A DNA stretch of 64,000 bases from Acidobacteriota bacterium (GTDB lineage Bacteria; Acidobacteriota; Thermoanaerobaculia; UBA5066; Gp7-AA6), in the NCBI GenBank assembly GCA_020199905.1, contig JAIVJS010000071.1, forward strand, positions 8,668-72,667, written 5' to 3'. Below, in pieces: positions 57,385-64,000 of this stretch (position 1 is its first letter; every line of letters starts with the position of its first letter). Made by a program: the position numbers and the translations under genes. The notes under the pieces were generated by a model. The model was not told where the DNA came from and did not search any database. It saw only the letters and a program-made list of their open reading frames with translations.

Positions 57385-58557
57385 TTATCCGATCGCGAGG
57401 CCGGCGTCCCGGAAGATCTCGCGGGCGATGATCAGCCGGTGTATCTCGCTCGTTCCTTCGTAGATCTCGGTGATCCTGGCGTCGCGAAAGTTCCGCTCCA
57501 CCGGGTACTCCTTGGTGTAGCCGTAACCCCCGTGGATCTGGAGGGCCTTCGTCGTGACGCGCTGTGCCATCTCCGCGGCGAACAGTTTGGCCTCCGCCGC
57601 CTCCAGGCCGTAACGGCCGCCGTTCTTCTTCGTCATGTCCTTGACCGCCGCCGCCCGCCGGGTCAGAAGCCGCGCCGCGTCGACGTCGGTCGCCATGTCG
57701 GCCAGGTAGAAGCGGATCACCTGGAACTCCGCGATCGCCTTGCCGAACGCGCGCCTCGCCTTCGCGTACCGGACGGCGGCCTCCATCGCCTCGGTCGCGA
57801 TCCCGACCGCCTGTGCGGCGATGCCGATGCGGCCGCCGTCGAGAGTCGACATCGCGATCTTGAAGCCGTCGCCCTCGTTTCCGAGCATGTTCTCCGCCGG
57901 GACCAGCACGTCGGTCAGGAAGATCTCGACCGTTCCGGAGGCGTTGACTCCGAGCTTCACCTGATGGCGGGACCGGTCGAACCCGGGCGACGCGGCGTCG
58001 ACCAGGAAAGCGGAGATCCCGCGCGATTTCTTCTCCGGGCTCGTCATCGCGAACAGAACGCAGACGTCGGCGTCCGACCCGCAGGTGATGAAGACTTTCT
58101 GGCCGGAGATCTTCCAGTGACCGCCCTCGCTCACGGCCCGCGTCTGCTGATTGGCGGCGTCCGATCCCGCGTTGGGCTCCGTCAGGGCGAAGCAGCCGAG
58201 CTTCTCCCCTTTCGCCAGCGGCTCCAGGAATCTCGTCTTCTGGTCGGCGTTTCCGAATTTCTCGATCGGATCGCAGACTAAGGAGTTGTTCACCGAGAGG
58301 ATCACCCCGAGATTGGCGCAGACGCGCGAGATCTCCTCGATCACGATCGAGTACGCCACGACGTCCATCCCGGAGCCCCCGTGCTCGACGGGAACGGAGA
58401 CGCCCGCCAGGCCGAGCTGGCCGGCCTGGTGGAAGAGGTCCTTCGGAAATTCCCCCGACTGGTCGATGACGGCCGCGCGGGGCCGCACGACGTTCTCGGC
58501 AAACTCCCGGACCGCCGACTGGAGGAGGCTCTGGTCCTCCGTGAGGTCGAAATTCAT
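57385..58557 (-). CDS. acyl-CoA dehydrogenase (butyryl-CoA DH-like)
   Basis: FALTEPNAGSD, LDGGRIGIAAQ, QIHGGYGY, IYEGTSE. Confidence 0.96.
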   Translation of the reverse strand: MNFDLTEDQSLLQSAVREFAENVVRPRAAVIDQSGEFPKDLFHQAGQLGLAGVSVPVEHGGSGMDVVAYSIVIEEISRVCANLGVILSVNNSLVCDPIEKFGNADQKTRFLEPLAKGEKLGCFALTEPNAGSDAANQQTRAVSEGGHWKISGQKVFITCGSDADVCVLFAMTSPEKKSRGISAFLVDAASPGFDRSRHQVKLGVNASGTVEIFLTDVLVPAENMLGNEGDGFKIAMSTLDGGRIGIAAQAVGIATEAMEAAVRYAKARRAFGKAIAEFQVIRFYLADMATDVDAARLLTRRAAAVKDMTKKNGGRYGLEAAEAKLFAAEMAQRVTTKALQIHGGYGYTKEYPVERNFRDARITEIYEGTSEIHRLIIAREIFRDAGLAIG

Positions 58558-58725
58558 GGGAGCCGGAGTATAGGCCGAAGGCGCGGGAGGCGGGAGGCGG
58601 GAGGGCGAAGGCGGAGAAGCTCTCAGCTGTCAGCTCTCAGCTTCCCGCCGGCGCCGGTCGCCGGACGATCCGGCGAAAGGCGAAACAAGATCGGGGCAGC
58701 GGCGTCTCTTTCAATTCCCGATCTA

Positions 58726-58776
58726 GTTGACCGCGGAGTACCGCGGCCGTCTCGCTTCCGTAGGTCGCTCGGTTCC
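58726..58776 (+). repeat. 51-bp palindromic intergenic repeat, copy 5
   Basis: GTTGACCGCGGAGTACCGCGGCCGTCTCGCTTCCGTAGGTCGCTCGGTTCC. Confidence 0.9.
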
Positions 58777-58798
58777 CGGATCCCGTTCTCCGGCCCGC

Positions 58799-59986
58799 CT
58801 ACCGCCTGCCGCCTTCCGTCCTCATCATCCACATCCCCTTCAGGTACTCCCCCTCCGGGCAGTCGATCGAGACGGGATGATCGGGTCCGGCCCCCTGACG
58901 CGCGAACAGCGAAAACTCGGAGCCCGATTCGATCTCCGCGGCGAAGACGATCTGCTGGAAGAGTGTCGCGTCGACCGCGCCGGAGCAGGAACAGGTCAGG
59001 AGGAGGCCGCCCGGCGCGATGAGCCGCATCGCGAGACGGTTGATGTCCTTGTAACCGCGCGCTGCGCGGTCCACGTCCGCGCGCTTCTTGGCGAACGCAG
59101 GCGGGTCGCACACGACGGCATCCCAGCTCTCTCCGGCGGCGACACGCCGCCGGAGATCCTCGAATACGTCGGCGCGAACGAAGTCGTCGCTGCCCGAGTC
59201 GAACCCGTTCGCGCGGCGGTGTTCGCCGGCGAGATCGAGCGCGGCTTCCGACGCATCGACATCGACGGCTCGCGACGCGCCTCCCGCGAGCGCGGCGACG
59301 GAGAATCCTCCCGAGTAGGAGAAGAGGTTCAGAACCCGGCGGCCGGCGGCCAGCGACCTGAGTCGCGACCGGTTTTCCCGCTGGTCGAGGAAGAACCCCG
59401 TCTTCTGCCCCGACGCGAGGTCCGCGAAGAAGCGCAGGCCGTTCTCGCGGAAAGGAACTCGGGAGTGCGGTCCGTCCGGCGGCGGACCGGAGGCTCCCGG
59501 CGCGCTCCCGACGCGTTCCGCTCCCGTCCGGCGGACGATCACCTTCTCGAGCTCGAACGCGCGCAGCGCCTCCCGCTCGAAGAGCGATCCCGACGCTTCC
59601 ACTCCTCCGGCGGACAGCTCGAGGACGCCCGTCGCTCCGTAAACGTCGAGGGTGACGCCCGGACACCGGTCTCCTTCGGAATTGATCGCGCGGAATCCCG
59701 TCGTCTCGGGAGGAAGGATTGCGGCGCGCATCTTCCGCGCCGAATCGAACCGCTCTCCGAACTGACCCGGACTCACCGAAGCCTCCCCGAAGACCCAGAG
59801 CCTCGCGACGATCTGCGATTCCGGGGAATAGGCGCCCGCGGCGAGCCGTTCCCCGTCCGCCGAGACGACTTCCGCCCACGCGTCGCCACCGTCGCCCTCC
59901 CGGCGGGCCACAGCCCCCGAAAAGAGCCAGGGGTGCCGCCGGCGGACGGAAGCGTCCCGCCCCGCCTTCAGAACGAGCCGGATCAC
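58799..59986 (-). CDS. rlmI: 23S rRNA m5C1962 methyltransferase (RlmI family)
   Basis: RHPWLFSG (PUA), GQKTGFFLDQRENR, LNLFSYSGGF, DPPAFAK, CSCS, DHP, YLK. Confidence 0.88.
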   Translation of the reverse strand: MIRLVLKAGRDASVRRRHPWLFSGAVARREGDGGDAWAEVVSADGERLAAGAYSPESQIVARLWVFGEASVSPGQFGERFDSARKMRAAILPPETTGFRAINSEGDRCPGVTLDVYGATGVLELSAGGVEASGSLFEREALRAFELEKVIVRRTGAERVGSAPGASGPPPDGPHSRVPFRENGLRFFADLASGQKTGFFLDQRENRSRLRSLAAGRRVLNLFSYSGGFSVAALAGGASRAVDVDASEAALDLAGEHRRANGFDSGSDDFVRADVFEDLRRRVAAGESWDAVVCDPPAFAKKRADVDRAARGYKDINRLAMRLIAPGGLLLTCSCSGAVDATLFQQIVFAAEIESGSEFSLFARQGAGPDHPVSIDCPEGEYLKGMWMMRTEGGRR

Positions 59987-60126
59987 CGCGCGAGGCCGCG
60001 GGCCAGGCCGCGAACGACGGACCTCAACAAACGGGGCCGGAGGTCCGTATCAACGGGGGAACACACCTGATCTCCTCCTCGGCCCCTCGCAAGAGGGGCC
60101 TTCTTTTTCGCCAGGCGTCCGGAAGG

Positions 60127-60876
60127 TCAGGGCTGGTTGAGGCTCCAGTCGTACTCCAGGAATTCCGGCTCGGAGGCGAAGCCCGCGAGCCAGGTCGCGG
60201 TCGCGGGGTCCGAAACAAATTTCGCGAGGTCCTTCACGAGGGAGCCGCCCCCGTCGCGCTCGAACTCCTTGCGGTTCCAGAAGAAGATCTTCGACAGAGA
60301 GACCTTTCCCTTCTGACGGTCGATCGAGTTCTTCGAAGCGTCGTTCACGAATGCCCGCCCCTGCCGATCGAGCTCCGCGGACAACCCGGCCGCCGTGTAG
60401 GCCTTGCCGGCCAGCGGCGGGCAGGACCTGGAGGCGCAGACGATCGCGAAATGGATTCGCGCGTCCTTGTCCTCGCGGAGCTTGTTCTCGATCCCGTCGA
60501 GCGTCAGCATTTCCCCGCCCACCTTGTGAGTCACCTTTTTGAACGCGCCGTCGATGTCGAGAATGCTCTTCGTCGGGTAACGGTCGAGGACAGTTGCGAC
60601 GGCGCACGCGTTGTAGGCGTTGATGTAGAACGCCTTCTTCTCTTCCGGCGACATCTTCGACGGATCGGCGTCGCCGACATTGGCGAGATACGCCGCGAGC
60701 CGCTTCTTGTCCTGGCCCGTCGCCCCCGCGTAATCAAACCCCCCGTTCCGCGCCCGCGCCTGAAGGATGGCGTCGAACACGGCGTTGTCCGGGGGCGCGG
60801 CGGCCGCGATCGCGGAAAGACCCCATGCGGCCAGAAACAGGCAGACCATGGAGGCGCGCGTCGTGTTTGTGCTCAT
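60127..60876 (-). CDS. DUF547 domain protein
   Basis: AFYINAYNA, DARIHFAIVCASRSCP, SKIFFW, YDWSLN. Confidence 0.92.
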   Translation of the reverse strand: MSTNTTRASMVCLFLAAWGLSAIAAAAPPDNAVFDAILQARARNGGFDYAGATGQDKKRLAAYLANVGDADPSKMSPEEKKAFYINAYNACAVATVLDRYPTKSILDIDGAFKKVTHKVGGEMLTLDGIENKLREDKDARIHFAIVCASRSCPPLAGKAYTAAGLSAELDRQGRAFVNDASKNSIDRQKGKVSLSKIFFWNRKEFERDGGGSLVKDLAKFVSDPATATWLAGFASEPEFLEYDWSLNQP

Positions 60877-60937
60877 GTGATCTCCTCGTCGAATCGTATA
60901 CGGACGGCCGCCCGCCGTGGATTCCGGGAGGCGGCGG

Positions 60938-61963
60938 TCAGAACGCGGAGAGGATGCCGTACGAGAGCGCTCCGATCGCGCCCGCCATGGGAATGGTGAG
61001 GACCCACGCGTAGACGATCTGGGACGCGACCCCCCATCGGACAGCGGAAAAGCGCTGTGTCGCGCCGACGCCGATGATCGACCCGGTAATGGTGTGCGTC
61101 GTGGACACGGGAATGCCCCAGATCGAGGCGATCAGAACGGTAAGCGCCCCTCCGGTCTCGGCGCAGAACCCCGAGAAGGGCTTCAACTTCGTGAGCCGGC
61201 TGCCCATCGTTCGCACGATCCTCCAGCCGCCGGTCAGCGTCCCGAGCGCGATCGCCGCGTGGGCGGCGAGCACGATCCAGATCGGAATGGTCTTCACGTT
61301 CGGCAGATACATGAAGTGAAGGGATGACGACGGGTCCGCGAACACGGTCCTGTTGGCCACGAGAAGCCCGGCGATGATCCCCATCGTCTTCTGGGCGTCG
61401 TTCGTTCCGTGCGACAGCGAAAAGAACGCCGCGGAGACGAGCTGCGCCCGGCGAAACCAGCGGTCGACCGACGCGTAGGCGGCGCGCCGGAACGTCCAGG
61501 ATACCGCGACCATCAGGCCGAACCCGAAGATCATCCCGATGAGCGGCGAGAGAACGATGAAGGAGAGCGTCCTCACCCACGCCGCGCCCGGCACGATCGC
61601 TTTGATGCCGACGCGCGCGATCGCGGCGCCGGAATATCCGCCGATCAGGGCGTGCGACGAGGACGATGGAATGCCGAAGTACCAGGTGATGAGGTTCCAG
61701 AGAATGGCGCCGATGAGGCCGCCGAGCACGACGTTCGAGTTGACGACGTTCACGTCGATCAAGCCGGACCCGATTGTCCTCGCGACGGCCGTTCCGAAGA
61801 CGAAGGCCGCGACGAAGTTGAAGAATGCGGCCCAGAAGACCGCCATCAGCGGCGAGAGAACGCGCGTCGACACGACCGTGGCGATGGAGTTCGCCGAGTC
61901 GTGCATCCCGTTGATGAAGTCGAAGACGAGCGCCACCCCGATGATGGCCAGGATGAAGATCAC
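60938..61963 (-). CDS. inorganic phosphate transporter (PiT family)
   Basis: NGMHDSANSIAT, PSSSSHALIGG, HGTNDAQKTMG, PVSTTH. Confidence 0.95.
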   Translation of the reverse strand: MIFILAIIGVALVFDFINGMHDSANSIATVVSTRVLSPLMAVFWAAFFNFVAAFVFGTAVARTIGSGLIDVNVVNSNVVLGGLIGAILWNLITWYFGIPSSSSHALIGGYSGAAIARVGIKAIVPGAAWVRTLSFIVLSPLIGMIFGFGLMVAVSWTFRRAAYASVDRWFRRAQLVSAAFFSLSHGTNDAQKTMGIIAGLLVANRTVFADPSSSLHFMYLPNVKTIPIWIVLAAHAAIALGTLTGGWRIVRTMGSRLTKLKPFSGFCAETGGALTVLIASIWGIPVSTTHTITGSIIGVGATQRFSAVRWGVASQIVYAWVLTIPMAGAIGALSYGILSAF

Positions 61964-62020
61964 GCGCGCCCCGGCGGGCGCAGCCGCGCGCGAAAGAAAG
62001 AGGGCATCATCGCGCGGGCG

Positions 62021-62635
62021 TCAGGAATGCTTGAGAACGACGCTCTCGAGGACGTGCGCGACCCCCTCGCACTGGTCGATGCAGGCTTCCATGTTCTCGT
62101 AGACGTCCTTCCACTTGATGATCTCGATGGTGTCGATTCCGCCGCGGAACAGGGAAGCGACGGCCTCGTGGTAGGCGACGTCTCCCTCGTTCTCGAGCTG
62201 CTTGATCCGGATGCAGTGCTCGATCACGCCCTTCTGCGTCCTGAGATCCGCGACGGCCTCGACGAGCTCTCCCGTGACGGTGACGATCACCTGCGCGAGA
62301 CGCTTGGAGATGGGAGTCGGCTCGTTGATGTTGTAGAGAACGAGCCGCCGGACGGTGCCGTCGATCAGATCGATGACGTCGTCCAGGCGCACGGCCAGGC
62401 GGTGGATGTCTTCCCGGTCGATCGGGGTGATGAACGTCCGGTCGATCCCGCGCAGGATCTGGTGCGAGATCTCGTCGCACTCGTGTTCCAGCCTCTTGAT
62501 CTGGTCGGCGACTCCCGCGACCGGCGACTCGCCGCTGAAGAAACGAGCCAGCATCCGCGCGCTCTCGTGGATGCGGCGCGCCAGCTCCGAGAACTGATCG
62601 AAGTACTTCTCCTCGCGGGGAAGGATATTGAACAC
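62021..62635 (-). CDS. DUF47 phosphate transport regulator (PhoU-like)
   Basis: LEHECD, TFITPIDREDI, LENEGD; upstream of PiT. Confidence 0.93.
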   Translation of the reverse strand: MFNILPREEKYFDQFSELARRIHESARMLARFFSGESPVAGVADQIKRLEHECDEISHQILRGIDRTFITPIDREDIHRLAVRLDDVIDLIDGTVRRLVLYNINEPTPISKRLAQVIVTVTGELVEAVADLRTQKGVIEHCIRIKQLENEGDVAYHEAVASLFRGGIDTIEIIKWKDVYENMEACIDQCEGVAHVLESVVLKHS

Positions 62636-62970
62636 ATGGCCTCCGGAAAAGTCGGCGGCATGCTATCGCACGCTTCACGCCGTTTTTGCTTCCCGGGAGC
62701 GAGCCGGTCCAACCCGCGCGACCTCGAACGGTTTCCGGCGCGTCCTCCGCGCGTCTCAGGGAAGGCGGGCGGTCCGATTGGCGCTGAATGAGGCCGACAG
62801 ATGCACGGCTTCGGCTGGATCGGGATCCGCGTCTGCCAGCGTCTCGGCGGCGGCGGCGATCGAGGCGATTCGTCGCCGTCGGACCCGAGAGCCGCCGAAG
62901 GCATTCCCGGACGTGCCGCCTGCGAGGCCCCCCTGGTGGCGCTTGAATTGCAGCGTCTCCTGGGAGTCCC

Positions 62971-63804
62971 ATGAAGACCATCGCGCACATCTCGGATCTC
63001 CACTTCGGGCGCATCGATCCGGAGACCCTGGAGCCGCTGCGGAAGGCGATCGTCGAGTTATCCCCGGACCTCGTCGTGGTCACGGGAGACCTCACTCAGC
63101 GCGCGCGCCGCCGCCAGTTCCAGGAGGTGCGCGAGTTTCTGGACGGTCTTCCGAAGCCGCAGATCGTGGTCCCGGGGAATCACGACGTGCCCCTCTACAG
63201 GGTCGTGGCGCGATTCCACCATCCGTTTCGTCTGTTCCGCCGGTACATCACCGACGATCTCGAACCGTCGTACTCCGACGACGAGATCGCCGTCGTCGGG
63301 ATCAACACGGCCCGCTCGTGGACCACGAAGTTCGGCCGGATCAACCGCGAACAGGCGCGGCGCACCCATGCTCGATTTCGCGCTTCCGGTCCGGGCATCA
63401 CGCGGATCGTGGCGACCCACCACCCCTTCGATCTGCCGGAGGGCTCAGACGCGCGTGACATCGTAGGGCGCGCCCGGATGGCGATGGAGGTCCTGGCGGA
63501 GTGCGGCACGGACCTCTTTCTGGCCGGCCACGTCCATCGAAGCCACTCCGGCCAGACGGCGGCGCGGTACCGGATCGCTGGCCACTCCGCGCTGTTTCTC
63601 ACGGCCGGGACGGCCACTTCGACGCGCGGACGGGGAGAAACGAACTCGTTCAACTGGATCCGGATCGCAAAGCCGCTGCTCGACGTCCGCCGCCACACTT
63701 TCCTCCGCGAGTCAGGAACCTTTGTCCCCCTGGAGGAGCAGCTCTTCGAGCACACGGAGGCCGGCTGGGCGAAACGGCAGGCCGCCGCTCTCACGGCACC
63801 CTGA
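62971..63804 (+). CDS. metallophosphoesterase (calcineurin-like, CpdA/Icc family)
   Basis: SDLHFG, TGDLTQ, PGNHD, THHP, GHVH. Confidence 0.92.
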   Translation: MKTIAHISDLHFGRIDPETLEPLRKAIVELSPDLVVVTGDLTQRARRRQFQEVREFLDGLPKPQIVVPGNHDVPLYRVVARFHHPFRLFRRYITDDLEPSYSDDEIAVVGINTARSWTTKFGRINREQARRTHARFRASGPGITRIVATHHPFDLPEGSDARDIVGRARMAMEVLAECGTDLFLAGHVHRSHSGQTAARYRIAGHSALFLTAGTATSTRGRGETNSFNWIRIAKPLLDVRRHTFLRESGTFVPLEEQLFEHTEAGWAKRQAAALTAP

Positions 63805-64000
63805 CGCGGAGGCCTGCCGCGACCACCGCGACCTCGATGGGCGGCGCGAGCCACGACAGCTCGCCGTCCGTGGCGACCTGGATCCGGCGGCGAGGCGAAT
63901 CGAGCCGCAGCCGGGGCGTCGCAAGCGACTGGAAGTCACCGAACGTCCCCGCGACTCCCAGAACGTAACGCGTCATCGCGAGGGCGAACGCGCCGCGCGT
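63791..64000 (-). CDS. diacylglycerol-kinase-family protein, C-terminal part
   Basis: IQVATDGE...PIEVAVVAAGLRVRVP terminal motif; start outside the window. Confidence 0.65.
   Translation of the reverse strand, partial: TRGAFALAMTRYVLGVAGTFGDFQSLATPRLRLDSPRRRIQVATDGELSWLAPPIEVAVVAAGLRVRVP

Noticed and set aside
7269..58776. 51-bp repeats as a CRISPR array
   Set aside because: Copies are dispersed singly, with no spacer periodicity and no cas genes

Overview
GC-rich bacterial window; gene content and 7-nt intergenic tandem repeats suggest Acidobacteriota, but this is inference. Left part: partial recO, an MFS transporter, mqnE, and an A1-type cytochrome c oxidase operon with heme O/A synthases, divergent from ccmAB. 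The ccm operon is split: ccmAB ends at 14.27 kb and ccmCDEF resumes at 36.40 kb. The intervening ~22 kb holds an apparently uncharacterised RiPP and signalling locus. A sensor-less sigma-54 activator and a sigma-54 promoter precede an NHLP-leader precursor (core FLDHNCNKAQGGINTHVEIKLV). These are followed by a ProcM-like (CCG) LanM, a double-length TolC-like protein, NHLM-type HlyD and two ABC transporters (one with an N-terminal FHA domain), an HExxH protein, an RsbW/STAS/PP2C partner-switching set and further FHA proteins (four FHA domains in total). Right part: MBL hydrolases, a GT-C-like membrane protein, a MacAB-like ABC system, lpdA, an AhpD/CMD-like selenoprotein (CxxU with a SECIS-like hairpin) that the ORF track splits, two acyl-CoA dehydrogenases, an RlmI-like methyltransferase and PiT/DUF47. 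Two pairs of uncharacterised paralogous domains and five copies of a 51-bp palindromic intergenic repeat are also present. Five clear and one possible abrupt internal deletions in conserved genes look like assembly artefacts (collapsed gaps) rather than real pseudogenes. No rRNA, tRNA, CRISPR array, integrase or transposase was seen.
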